Shown: positions 25,421 to 38,775, numbered from the stretch's first letter. The stretch: DNA of 64,000 bases from Hydrolagus colliei (GCA_035084275.1 CM068755.1:11222001-11286000); one strand, 5' to 3'. Notes: generated by a model not told the origin, from the sequence alone. A program made the numbers and translations.

Positions 25421-27474
25421 GCAGTTCATGATACGATCAGCTGTGTAATGGACTGTGAGAGGAGCAGATGTGATGGCCTGAATGGCCATTTCTCAATCCA
25501 ATGTTGTTAAATTCTCATACATGACAAAACAAAATCCATGACTCTGGGCTATCTTTTAAAAGGTTGCACATGAAAATTAAAGCAATATTTTCTCCAGAAT
25601 CAACGCCTGAGGATTATTATTACATTTCATGTGTGAAAGTGACTGATCTCCAAAATTGTGCCTCCGATCTAAGGCTCTCGCAGCATTGTTTAATTTGCAG
25701 TACATAGTGGTGACACTGGTCTGACTTTAATTAGAATCCACACATGGAACACAGACCACTCCTCAACTGCTCACTTCCAAATATTGTTGCTCTAAGGAAG
25801 CAATTTACTCCACAGGCGTAGGGATCAGTTGTTAGTTTACGCTTCTAACTTTTAAAAGCATTATATTGTCAAAGAATCAAACATCTCCATCTCTCTCTTT
25901 CTCTCTGTCTCCCCACTCACCTGCCTATCAGGATACCAAGTGTATTGAAATCAATAGATCTGATTTTTAATCATATTCAAATAGTTTCACAACTATGTGC
26001 CTGACATTGAACAGAATAAAACTGTTTCAGCACGTGTGTTGAGCACATGTACACAAAGACTTTTCCACGTGCATGAGAGAAAAACAGCGTCACATCACAA
26101 AGAAAACACGACCATTTAATAAGCACATCCTTCCACCTATGTTAGAATTGCATTAGATAAGAGACAAGCTGCATATACGCTCTGGGAAATTTTCACACGG
26201 GGGAATTGGCACACATTCAGGGAGACAGGGCCTTACACTAGCTTTCCTGTGCCTGGGGCAATGTTTGACTAATTTTTATAGAGCATTGTTTATTTTCCTT
26301 AGAGTATTTGCATCCAGAGGCCCTGAAGATCACTAAGCTATAAACTAATGGTACCTTATTTGATCTTTTACCCATCAGTCCTTTCTCTTCATTTGTTTTT
26401 ATTGCTGTGAGGGATTACTCACTGCTGTGAACAGGGAATTTGTATCAAATGAGTTTACATTAGGTCCACTCTGCCTTGGTTTAAATACACTAATCTACAC
26501 AGACCTCCAGCAACATCGGTTGATATAGTACATAAAATTAGACAATATTGATGGTTGGTACTTTTGCATCTAAAAATACTCTCACTAATCTAAATGCAAG
26601 AATTATTACAGATAAATATCTGAATTTGATTCCTGGTTTATTCCTTGCTACTCACGAGTTTTAAAATGTGCCCAAGTACTCAGCAACAAGAATTTACATG
26701 AATTGAATTGTTCAATTGATATGATAGGATATATGAATTATTCAAAGTTACCTCATTCCTTTTCTGCTATGACCCACTGCTCTACTCCACGAATGTATTA
26801 ATTGTAAGTGTTTATAAGATGTAAATTGGAGTTTAACCTGACTTGGTTTGATACATTTTATGGCACATTATTCTAATTCATTAACAAGATGAATTTATGT
26901 ATTACATAACGGTTGTGTTCGATTTAAAACCCCAGAGCATTCTTTTTTAAACCGACAAGACAGCTGTTGACACAATTAGTTTTAGTTAACAGAATGCAAC
27001 ATAGGTTATATCCAGTGCGGGTTTACAATAACTCGGTCCTGAGATCTTCATAAAGAATCTTCTTGGGCTCAAAGCAGATGGTCTCAGTTGGTCAAATTCG
27101 TAAGAACCAAGTAATGATTTATAATGGTCACTTAAGGTTTGGAGGAATGGACAATTTGTAGCCAGACATCAGAGATAATGGCAGCATCCTTTCTGCTGAG
27201 TGTCCTTTCTTTACTACCTTTACGTTTAGCTTGATGAAGTCTTTTGCCAGATGCACTCCCTTTGTGATTGATTACAGTGTTCTCGAAGACAGAAATGTGA
27301 CCTGTGAAAAGGTTGGATTCTTTAATGCCTGAAACATTGATTTGTTTTCTTTTAAAGTTTCACTATCATTTCTTTGCCAGAAATCAATCATCTCATCCTG
27401 TTCCCACCCCAGACTTACAGCTATATTAGCAGTGGCTTAGATCAATGGCAGAATCTACAAATATAGTTACTCCC

Positions 27475-27555
27475 CTTTACCGTGTATTCTGTGAAGCACT
27501 TTGAGACATCTCTCCTGACATAAGACACTTTTCACAAATGTAGGGATTATTATTA
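27475..27555 (+). mobile_element. SINE 3' tail fragment
   Basis: tattctgtgaagcactttgagacatc...aaatgtagggattattatta. Confidence 0.65.
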
Positions 27556-29070
27556 CCAGATCTAAGGATTAGTGATAACTGAATAGTAATTATGTTTGTT
27601 GGTCTGATGAATTATTAGTTTATTAAAGTCTCTTTATGCTGGTTGTTTAGAATAACCTTTGTATTTGATTTGGTGTCTTATCGTGTCATAATTGTCTCAA
27701 GCGTTTCAGAGGTTTCTGTAGAAGTGTAGTGACTGTCTATTTGCAGATGAATATGGCAGCCAGTTTACACACAGTAATGTTTCCAAACATTCCAGCTGCA
27801 ATCTAGTGTGTGACAACATAAGTTCACTTTGTTTATCTAGGATTTTACTACTTGTTAGTTTAGACTACACATCACGTCATGGAAGTCCTTGCATATTCAA
27901 AGTGGTCTCTGGTTTCAGGAATGGTCCAATAAGTGATTCTCCAAATTTATAAATCTAACTCAAATGCAGCCATATTATACCATCGTCTTTTGTTATGATG
28001 TGGGTCAACATCTAAACCAGCCATAACTATGTTATCTTACATCTTGTTCCTACTTCATTACTGAACCCTTTTCTTAAATCTTGATAACAAGACAACAGAA
28101 AATAAGAGAACAGAATGTGAATTCAAATGATGTATAAACAACTTCACCATCTGTCAGTGAAACTATGACTAATTTTAAAGTGGTTTGCGTAAATTCATGT
28201 TGTTAAAAGTAGCCATTTATTGATTTATTATGAACAAGTTAATTATGAGGAATATATAAGAGAATTAAGATTGTCATGTAATAATCAAAGGCAAATCTAT
28301 GGTCAAAGAAATAACATGATACCAATACCAATCTAACTTTAACCGTGATAAGGAATCATTGCCAATCTAACTCAATATCTATTTGTGTTACAACCCCTTA
28401 TATTTATACAGTATAGTGTTTAACAAGTCAGAGAATACCTGACATCTTTACAGAGACATTAGCTTTAATGAGTTTGAAATTAAGCTACGTTTTTCTTACT
28501 CCCTCATTGATACTTTATTTCATATCATTCCATCAGATTTTCTTAAAATCAATCTACCTATTTTGCCATAGGCAAACTGTTCCTTTCTTATGCAATTGAA
28601 CACTGAGATTCACCAACCACAGCAGAAGAGATTTGTTTACTTAGGTTCTTCAATCCAGTGTTGCTGCCAGCAATGTTTAAACGAAACAAAGAAAACTCCA
28701 CTTTTTTTCAATCTATAGAATTAGATTCTTGCTGCACATTTGAGCTGTGGATATGTATGTAATATTATTATAAAATAGGACCACTCTTCAGCCTTGCAGT
28801 TCACTGAACACAAGGACATTAATTATCTAAACAAGGGGATGGGCGAGTTAAAAACAGTGCAGATCACTTTTCTTCATCCAAATAGTACCAAACACGATTA
28901 TTATTGGGCCGCCATAAGAGGTTATAATTACCAGAACAACTCAGAACAATGTTGTCAGGCATTTAGTTGAAGTTTAATTTATCCCATTATTGATTAGAGC
29001 ACTCCCATCATTATCAGTTACAGTTTTTAGTTACTATTAGCTAGTGGTTTAGTCCAACTATACAAGACAT

Positions 29071-29398
29071 GATGAGTCCTGTAGCTCTGTGGTTAGAACA
29101 CTCGCCTCGCAAGCGAGAGACCTGGGTTCGATTCCCACAGGGCAAAACCTTGGACAAGTTTTCTTACTCTACAAACACGCCTGAAACAAAAAAATCCCTC
29201 AAGGATAAAAACAATAATAAATTGGTCATTTCAATCCATGACTGTTTGTGGGACACTGCTGTGCGTAATTGGCTGCCACGGTTGCCCACAAATATAGTCA
29301 ATTCACTTTACAATATATTCTGTGAAGCACTTCGAGATGTCTAGAAGACATGAAAAGCCCTATATCAAATGCAATGATGATGATGATTATTATTATTA
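29071..29398 (+). mobile_element. Full-length tRNA-derived SINE (SINE2-1_CM-like)
   Basis: A box tagctctgtgg (29082-92), B box ggttcgattcc (29125-35), tRNA-like fold, shared body, tail tatatcaaatgcaa(tga)n(tta)n. Confidence 0.92.
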
Positions 29399-30037
29399 GA
29401 GGCCTCCATTGCTTCAATAGTACAAATAGAGATGCCCTCAAAGGTTCCCTTCACTCCTCCGATAATACAGAACCTCTTGCATGCAAAGATGCGCAAATTT
29501 GATTACAGTAGTTCAGTGTTTCTCAATGATTTATACTAGCAGCATTTTTTTCCAACTGATCCATACTCCACAGAGATTCCCTATAAATAATGCGAGATGA
29601 AGTAGAATTGAAGTCTCTTCCACAATTCCGTTGGAGATGAAGAAAATACATTGTGCTGCTTAGCAGATTTTCAATGGGCACATCACAGTAGTTATAGATC
29701 CATAAATATTGCACATATTGGTTTCAATTCATTAAACAAACTGGTGCCTCATGCGTTTCACAGACCTGCTGTGCACATCTGCTGAATCCACCCATGAGAA
29801 CCCAAATAGTGTACTAAGGTCAGAGATTCTGACAAATTCCGAGTCTAACAATACCATTTCTACCAGCTTTGAGAATCAAGATCAAGCTTATGTTTCACCT
29901 CAGGCGATCTGTGCATTTTACTGGATAAGTACACTTATTTCTCTACTTCTACTCAATCAAACAATGTTCCAATAGATTGCACAATAATGCCATTAACATT
30001 TAAATGTGTTATATATAGGTCCCTCCATTAGCTGCAA

Positions 30038-30245
30038 ATAATAATATAATACTTGCATTTGATACAGAAGATTTCACATTGGGAGGATGTCTCCAAGTGA
30101 TATACAGGATTTTTCCCTAAAGTGCAGCAATGCTGTGTTTTGTAGACGTAGAGACAGTCACGGGTCATTCACCACATCAATATAAATGAAGTTTGTGTGA
30201 AGCGTATTAACCCATTAACAGAACAATCTTGTTTTTGGTGTTGCT
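30038..30245 (-). mobile_element. Older diverged SINE 3' half
   Basis: (aat)n acttgcatttgatac...tttcacattgggaggatgtctccaagtg, abutting a younger opposite-strand copy. Confidence 0.55.
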
Positions 30246-30261
30246 GTATCGCAAAGTGATT

Positions 30262-30454
30262 AGAAAAACAATAATAAAACTGGTCACTTTGATCCACGAC
30301 TGTGAGTGAGACACTGTTTTCCGCAATTGGCTGCCACATTTCACCCACAAATAATATGCAGTAGTCAATTCACTTTACAGTATATTCTGTGAAGCGCTTT
30401 GAGATGTCTAGAAGACATGGTGAGACACTGTAAAATGTAATGATTATTATTATG
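30262..30454 (+). mobile_element. 5'-truncated young SINE
   Basis: Body and tail match 29210-29398. Confidence 0.85.
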
Positions 30455-30954
30455 TTGACAGTAGAAACATAACAGCAGAAGTGCTTTACTTCTACACCAC
30501 AAGAAAGCAGAAAATATTTTTAAAAATCAAACCCGCTCAACACCAAAAATGTTAAAAATGTAAACATTAACATGTTAGCACCAGCTCATCAGTTATACAT
30601 ATCGGGACATGATTTGAAAGGACACTCGCTGCCTTCAAAGGAAAATACATTAATTCGGTACGTTCATTTTTTTGCAGGGAGAATACACAAAGCCTATTGA
30701 GAACTTCTCCTGCCTATCCTATTCTGAATACTCCAAAGGGAATCTTGCAACAGGTGTAGAATACTTATCCATTCCCACATCTGTTCAAAGCTGGCATGCT
30801 TCCCTGCACAGAAAACATCCTCCCCTTAGCTACAGCGCCACAGAAAGCAGTGTATGCTGTGTGGTACTTATTCTTCTCACTCGTCACCTATCGATATATC
30901 CTTCAATACCACTCCCACACACTTGTGACCCTGTGCTTTTTTAAAGGAGCTGAT

Positions 30955-31140
30955 CAACAGCTGAGCCTGATCCTGTCCTCACCCAACATCCAGAGCCGCA
31001 GCAGAGTTCTTACGTAGCAATGAACGGAAACAACCTCAAATGATTTTCCCCCCATCCCTGATCCAGGGTGATGAGTCCAAATTGTAGCACCTTCTGCCAC
31101 CTGGTGAGGTCAGCTCATACAGCAGAGATGAGGATTGAAC
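30955..31140 (-). mobile_element. Old SINE-like family C fragment
   Basis: Reverse complement tggatgttgggtgaggacaggatcaggctcagctg resembles 36340-36375 (tggatgtctggagaagacaataacgcactcagcc). Confidence 0.5.
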
Positions 31141-34100
31141 ATTTAAGTTACTGATGAACAATAGCACCTTTCTTACACAGTCCATCCTTACAATGCTCTT
31201 CCTCCCATCTGAAACACTGCAGATCCCTTTATCTTAGTGTTTGGCTGCAGGAGAAACAAGAGCTCTGGAAAAGCAGGAGGGATGTTAAATATTTGATTAA
31301 CTGCAACAAATAGTGAGTTGCCTTTAATTAACAGTGGACTTTGAAAGGGAGGGATAACTTATTACTGCTGCCTCATTACAGAACCAGCCCAGAGAGGGTT
31401 AGGGCAATCTATTTGGCAAGAGATATCATTTTGTCTCCCGCGTCCAGCTGGACAAAATTGCTTTGTTGGATTCTCTTTGCTCACACAATCCTCTGCTCAC
31501 ACATGTTCAGCTTTGGTTCATTAATAATAACGCTTAATATTTTCAGAATTATCACTCCCCTGACCTTGGTTATTTTAGTCCTTGATTCATTTTTCACACG
31601 GCGAAAAGCATCAAAAAGCAAAACGTCGTCAATTGTACGGTTTGCTTAAAATGTTACCTAAATTTTGGCGAGTATTGCATGTCACTTAATATATCTTTAA
31701 AATACTCTATGGGAGAGATGTGCTGTGACCTCCTACCCTATCCTGTTACAGGCCACACAATCAGAAATTTTGCATGATCTTACATTCTAAGCCCAAAATG
31801 TTCTAACCATTAAAGTAAGGCAGAATTTCAGGGCCTACAGTCATATGCCCTAAAACTAGTCAAACTATGTAACTTTGGAAATGTATTTGAACAACAAATT
31901 CTAGGATTAAAACCTTTGACCACCTTAAGTCCACCTACTCAGGCTTAAGACCAATGTGTTAAAATTAAGATCATGCAGAATCCTTATATTCAGTCTTAAA
32001 TTTGGAAACTAGTATTCTACAATTGGTTGGTCATTGCGAAAAACTGATTGCTGAATTAAGTCCCGGTTTGAGAACTTTCCAAAAGTTCTGAATGGATTTG
32101 TATTTTGAGGCTACGGGCTTAAAGCTAAAACTGTGCGAATTTTTAGGCCTCTGTTAGACAAGCTAAATACTTTTACTGTTAAATCACGCAACGACAACGT
32201 TACTATGTTTTTCTGCTATCAAAAGAAGCCTTGTGGAAAATGCAATGGCAATCAGAAGGTCTAGCTGTTACTATTTCCAGCCTTTTTAAGAACTATTTTT
32301 TTTCCCTCAGCAGGTTCCATCAGCTGATCCTCTAAGTGGACTCTCAGTCTCCAACCATCCAGACCCCGTTGTGTGTTTGTTCTGTGACTGCACAGAGAGG
32401 CCATGACCCGGGCAAATAATAAACCTATGTCTTACAGGGAATACATGTATTCCTTACGTGATTCCAGGTCTTTGCAAAGGATGCTGTGGCACTGACAGCA
32501 GAGTGTATGACAAATGCTCTTTTGTTTCATATATGGCAATTCTATCATTAGACACAATTTACAAACAGTAAAAACGTGTAGAACATATTTTTATTGTGCA
32601 AATTAGTATCCCGAATGATTTCTCCAAATCAAATCTTTCTCGGAATAAGAGTATCTTTGTGTGTTTGGCTTTCTGCGGATCCACTTTTCCTTCCCTCCAA
32701 AACCCAAATGATGAAGTTAGAAAGATGCCTCGAGGAACGACTGAATGCATTTGCGCCCTTGAGCCTTGCAGAGTTTCTTAAAGGATGGAAGGTGGACACT
32801 TATGCCTTTCAAGCGGGCATTGGTTTAGACCAGGGAGAGGAGGAGTTGTCTGTGAAGGATAGGAGACCATACTTGATAAATGAAGACATGCATTATCACT
32901 TCAATTTCCTCTGGTTTCAAGTAATATCAATATTATCACTTTGTCTAGGAGTCGATGGTGTAAAGTTGACAGAGCCTTATTTTTTGTATAGCCGCAGGAA
33001 AAGCAAGCTTGATAGATCAAATGACATATTCTGTTTTATTCTTAAAGCATTCTGTTGGCACTATGGCTAATCCATTTACCTGATCAGTATCTACCAGAAA
33101 TAATAGTGGAAGCGGGCAAAGCAGACTGAGAGCAAAATACCTGATACTGTACTTGGTTTCAAGCCAGTCAATGCCACAAAAAACTCAAGTGCCAATGGGA
33201 GGCATATTCTAAATGCAAAACAATCCATTGTTGATCATCGCTTGGTTCATGCAAACTACTGCAGTGCTATTAGTGCCTCCGGCATCCCAATCAATATAGC
33301 ACTAAACCGTTTGAAAGCTGGAAGAGTTTGTACAAACAGCATCTTGAAAGATTAATTGAGTGTAAAAGGTCAGGGCTTCACACTCTTTAAGTGATAATTA
33401 ACCTCTGTAGGTTATGATAGGACAGCCACCCAGACATTGAATTTATAATACATTTTGTATCAGTTGGTTACCTTCAATATACAGTAGATCACATAAGTGT
33501 ATAACATACAATAATAAGAATAAAAGAGTTGAATCCGCTTGAATTCTTTTCAATATTGGATCCCTTTATGGCTGAATGAGCTTGATCAGTGAGTAGCTGA
33601 GCAATACAGGCTGAGCAGGTTCTGGGTTGAAACACCTAGTCTTTGCTGAGTTAGCAAATATCATGGCTATTTGTGGGATATTGCTATGTGTAAATTGACT
33701 GCCATCGTCACTTCCAAAATACACACTAAATGCGCACTACAGGACGTCCTGCGAAACGGTGAGACATTTGGACAACTTAAACTGAATCTGTATCAATTGA
33801 ATGGATTATTAGTATCCACGAGATTAATGTCCATCAGTGCTTTGCTTCAAATCGTTCCAATGACGGAACTTGATTGCAATGCTCCTTGTGGTCAAATAGA
33901 CTGCAAACACGCACAGTCAAGATTCACATGTAAAGAATTACTAGTTAGTTGGGTGAGTTTCTGGAGGGTAAGAGAGAGAGAGCTACTGTATATGTGTTTG
34001 TGTGGCACTAAGCAACAGGAAAGGGGCAAAGGAGTCAGGCCATTGTCACAAAAGGAGAGAACATTGGCAGAACCAAATTTGTTCTGGTTAATTTACATAG

Positions 34101-35540
34101 GTTTTAGTTTCTTAGACCCTGGAAAGAAGGAATCAAAGCTAAACCTCCCCAAAACATATTGGAAATTATATATGTCGTAAGTAAACTTACAGCTGCCAGA
34201 TCATTTATTTCCTATTTTCTCTAAACTCATCTCCTTTCCCTGATAGAACTGACAGAACTGATCAATTCTACACAATGAATGGATACAGCCCTGGAGGCCC
34301 AGACACAATAAGATTGTGACAAAAATTGCAAATACAATGCTTCAATACATCTCCAGCATTAAACAAGCAAAAACCACAGTCGTAGAGGCTAATAATTTTT
34401 CTATTGAATTACCACTCAGACTTGCTGTTTATAAAGATTAAATCTGTCCGGTACTGACATTTAAAGCTGCTGCTCCGCACAGTCATGTCTCAATGATTTG
34501 TGGAGAATTATTGGGAATCTTACTCTGACTGCATTAAAGTAAAAGATGGGAGCTTGAATGATCACTGGCAGTTCAGAGTCACAGGATTATTTAAAATGTG
34601 GGTAAAAAGCATTTCTGGGTGGCCTGACGGAGGGAGCATATTCCTGTTTACATACTTGCTGTGTAATGTTCTGATTTAACACTACATTAGAGGGCTGCCC
34701 AGGGCAAGAGATAATGCGGAGGCAAGCACCAAAATAGACCGCCAATGATTATTAAATGTAAAATCTAGTGCTGATGTATGAGCGATACTGAATGTAGAAC
34801 TGCAACTTTAATATTTCAAACAATAATGTTGATCCATGCAGATGATATAGTGTCATTCAGGAGCATGTCTAAAACTGCTTCACAGAATTTTACTGAAAAT
34901 TGCAGCGACCGTGCATTTTATAGCCAAACCTGGCAGCTAATTTACAAACAGCCATGAAGTGAATGATCAATTTCATCTGGAGCATTGTTGGTCAGGAGTT
35001 CAATGCGGTTCATACCTCTGCCGGAAACCCAATGTGAACCTGCTATAAAAACAACTGGATGCTATGATGAGACGATGGTAAAGTTAGTATTCTGGAAGAA
35101 TGAGTTCAAGTGGATTGAAGGGCCATCTACACCTAAACCTCTTGTGTGATCACAAGATTGTGAGAGACAGTGATTCTTGACACAGTGAAGTTACAGTCTA
35201 GCAATGGACATGAGAAAGGAGTGAAGCTGAGATATATCCCCAAGAGGAACAAAATCAGTCAACATATCATCCATCCCATGTTGCTCTCACCAATCCCTTC
35301 TGACATGTTTTGAGCCTGAGAGCTATAGGTCTGGCAACACCATCTTGGCCGGATCTGGTGTCTGGTGTGAGGAGCCACAGGCAAGAGAGAAAGGGAAAAA
35401 AAAGCTGTATAAAGAAAGCGAAAGCTTTATTTACATGCAACGGGATGTAAATCAGAGAGCGTGTTGTTATTTAGGAGAAAAATTTAATCAATGCTCACCA
35501 TTGAATTATTTTGTGCTTTTTAGAGCACTTCATAAACGTT

Positions 35541-35672
35541 CATAAGAACATTAGAATAAGGAGCAGGTGTAGGCCATTCAGCCCATCGAGCCTGCCCCAC
35601 CATTCAATAAGATCATGTTGATCTTCTAATCTAACTCCACCAGCCCACCTTTTCCCCATATCCCTTAATCCC
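35541..35672 (-). mobile_element. CR1 LINE 3' end
   Basis: cataagaaca...aggagcaggtgtaggccattcagcccatcgagcctgc...tttccccatatcccttaat, a typical chondrichthyan CR1 3' UTR with ttcttatg terminal repeat. Confidence 0.8.
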
Positions 35673-35744
35673 TTTATCCTTCCTTCTTATACCCTTCGTA
35701 AGGAACACACCATGAAATGTCGCAAATTTCACCTTAGTATTTAG

Positions 35745-35935
35745 GCAATATGCATTTATATATAGCGCTTGTCATGTTCGGAGGACATCTCAAAGTACTT
35801 TGTACAACTTATTGGGTGAGGAACAAGGAGCAGTAGCTGGAGAAAGTGTCTAAATGTGTGATAGAAAAGATAGGTCTTAAGGTGAGTTTTGGAAGCAGAA
35901 AGGGAAGTGGGGACGATGACAAAAGAGTAGGACTC
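35745..35935 (-). mobile_element. L2 LINE 3' end, decayed
   Basis: gcatttatatatagcgcttgtcatgttcggaggacatctcaaag tail; minus-strand translation includes SKTHLKTYLF, the L2 ORF2 terminal FK..LKT.LF motif. Confidence 0.65.
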
Positions 35936-36179
35936 CATATGATGTTCCAATCAGATTGGATTTAGAATCAATCCAAATCCATTATTCACATTATCTGTAT
36001 TAGGAAAGAACTTTATTGTAGATGCCTTTACATTTATCTTTTCCCATTGCTTCAGATTTTTAAAAATGTAACTAAATTAATAATGATGAGACTCTGCTGG
36101 TATTTCATTGAGTAAAAATAACGTACAGCTCATGCAATTCTAGGCAGCACAAGAAAATACCACAAGGGTCTCAAATTTG

Positions 36180-36500
36180 AACCTTGGATTGCCCGAATTT
36201 TCTGATCTCAACCAGGGTGGGTGGCTCCAAATGGCTTCAAACTTCCCTATTTGAGTTGGAGAAAAAGAAAGATCAGCCAAAGTTCCAGCTCCTGCTGGCT
36301 ATCCACTCCAGCCCTGCCAAAAAGCAGAGCCTCTCTCTATGGATGTCTGGAGAAGACAATAACGCACTCAGCCATGCTGCTTCCCACATGCGAGTGGGCT
36401 GCCAATACCCACTGTCTGGGCTCCTCACACATGAACTTAAGTGAGGTCCTGGAGGTGTGGCAGTGCTCATGAGACGGACACTCACCCCTCTTGTCCCAGC
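36180..36500 (+). mobile_element. Old SINE-like family C element
   Basis: gatcagccaaagttccagctcctgctggctatcca...cactgtctgggctcctcacacatgaa; diverged relatives at 30955-31140, 49760-50050 and 53620-53770, and a head-like piece at 33570-33660. Confidence 0.5.
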
Positions 36501-37348
36501 ACAAATCATTGTTAAAACAAAACTAGAAATGAGGAATAGGAAATCAAAAGTGGATGCTGTATATACAGAGTAATAGTGTATGGGAAAGCACCTAACAAGC
36601 ATCTCAGTTTCTATAATTCTAGAACATTATCAGCGTGGCTCATTTGGCAGCACTCTTGCATCTATGGTCAGAAGTTTGTGTGTTCAAGCACCACGTCAGG
36701 ACTGAAAACCTCTAAAATACACAGTCACCACACTTTCAATAAGTCCAGTGAAGCCCTAAGAGACAATTTTGATGTTGCAATAAGGTGAATATATCAAATG
36801 CAAGGATTATTCATTATTAATATATTGAAAGAAAATTGCTACCACTTTGGTGGATATCTTTGAGGAAAAGTTGCTAGATGTTTGAATGATGTTCAGCAGA
36901 GTGTGACCTTACAAGGAACAGAAATGCAATCACAGCTTTTACTTTTTACGGTCCACAAGAAAACGGTTTTGTGTTTTTTCCTCCTCTGTAGACAAGTACA
37001 TTTTTGTAAAGCAGGCTTTTTTTTTTAAAAAAGTTAATTATCTTCTGATTTGTGGGGTTCCAGAAAATGTTGCACACTTTCATTCTGTTCACTGTGTGGT
37101 GTGAGTGGGTCTGATGGATATTTACTGACCCTAACCCTAAGTGGATGCTATCCGTTAATTAAAGGGTTCGAGGTACGGTAATTCATGTTTCATTCAAACC
37201 AGTGTTGCCTTTTATGTACAAGATGTTTTCTGGCATTTTCATCCTCCTGTTTGTGATGCGATAGGGAACAGGTAACCTAGAAATCCCAGGTGCAGCCAGC
37301 AAGTTGCCTTCACTTACCGAGAACGGTAACTAAGTGTATAACTGAACC

Positions 37349-37467
37349 GGCTGATGCATTTGGCCCGCAAAATAAACAGCCAATTCACTTTACAGTATAT
37401 TCAGCTTCGAGATGTCCCGAAGACGTGACAAGGTGCAATATCAAATGCAAGGATTATTATTATTATT
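37349..37467 (+). mobile_element. 5'-truncated young SINE
   Basis: caattcactttacagtatattc...atatcaaatgcaaggatt(att)n. Confidence 0.8.
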
Positions 37468-38410
37468 GTTATGGTGCTTCAGGTAGAGTTCATATTAGCT
37501 TTTAAGATGGAATTAGATAAATATCTGATAAGGAGAAATACTCATTATGCAGAAGAAAAAGACTAAAACTATTTTCAGAGCCATTACAGGCATGATGGAC
37601 GGAATGGTCTCTCCTATGCTGTAAATTTCACTGGCCAAGTTTTTTTTTTTAAAAAACGGTGTTTGAGGATAAAATTCTTCCTTGGTTCAATCCTTTATTT
37701 ATCAAACATTTATACTATGTGCAGTTAAAACTAGAATAATCTAGCACAATGTTTTTTTTTAAATGCTCACTCTTGACCCACCCCAATAATAAAACCAAAT
37801 TTACCAATTTACTTATTCTTCAGGTGGAGGTTGAATTTCCCTATAATCAATATGAAAGAGCAATCACTTATCTTTTGTTCTGACATATCACAACTTATCG
37901 ATAAGTGTGTAATATCCTGTCTTTTTCCAAATACACATACTGTACTAGTTTTCTCAGCACTCTCCAATTTCTCCTTTTGTGTAAACCTGTGATAATTCAG
38001 GCAGTGTCTATCTGTTCTCTGCTTCAAGGGACATTATAGTTCCTGTTATTATTATATAAAATTTAGCTTTTCAGAGTAAGAAAACCACTCATTTTTAAGA
38101 TTCCATTTTGCGCTTTTTAAGCATAATTTGTGCATTTCATTAAACAAATGTACAGTATCTATGCTATATCTCAGTACAATGCTGTGAAACAAAATCTGAT
38201 ATCATCACAGTGGGATTTCCTACATCAGCAATATTTACTGTTGAAACAAAGTAAACAACTTGCATTCATACAGTGCCTTTTCTGAGGCAACATCTTAAGA
38301 TGGACACAGGGCAGAAAGCTGCCAGAGGCATGTTTGTAGAGGTATGTTTTTAATAGGTTTTTGAAGACAGAGAGAGAGAGAGAAAAAGGATGAGGTGGAG
38401 GCATTTAGGG

Positions 38411-38610
38411 AGCACTGCACTGCAGTATGAATCATCAGTACTGCAGTGTGCATCACACCCAACAGCATTGCAGTATGAATTATCAGCACTGCACTGTGAA
38501 TCATACCAAACAATAGCGTTGCAGTCTGAATCATCAGAACTGCAGCAAGAATCATTTCCAAACAACACTGCAGCATGTTTCATGCCAAACAATATTGAAT
38601 TACGAATCAA
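38411..38610. repeat. Degenerate minisatellite of alternating ~21- and ~27-30-bp related units
   Basis: Recurrent (a/t)tgcagt.tgaatcat core followed alternately by cag(t/c/a)a and by .c(c/a)aaca(a/g). Confidence 0.8.
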
Positions 38611-38640
38611 ATGCTGAATATCACTTCACCATGATTCAAA

Positions 38641-38775
38641 TGGTGCAATTGTTGTGCACAATTGACTGGTGCGTTTCACCCACATGCATACAGTCAATTC
38701 GCTTTACAGTATATTCTGTGAAGCGCTTTGAGACGTCTAGTGAAAAGCGCTATATCAAAATACAAGGTTTATTAC
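38641..38775 (+). mobile_element. 5'-truncated young SINE
   Basis: cagtcaattcgctttacagtatattctgtgaagcgctttgagacgtctagtgaaaagcgctatatcaaa. Confidence 0.85.

Noticed and set aside
29071-29146. tRNA gene
   Set aside because: It is the head of a SINE (body and tail follow, other copies in the window) and the T stem is imperfect.
31095-31108. CTCF-like motif ctgccacctggtga
   Set aside because: Single imperfect motif inside a repeat fragment; unsupported without ChIP data.
32594-33070. 158-aa ORF with a protein-like middle (LAEFLKGWKVDTYAF)
   Set aside because: Non-ATG start, no family recognised, no exon boundaries.
33671-34180. 169-aa ORF
   Set aside because: Begins in SINE-derived sequence and crosses (ga)n; no homology recognised.
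37129-37140. Telomere-like (ccctaa)2
   Set aside because: Only two units; expected by chance.
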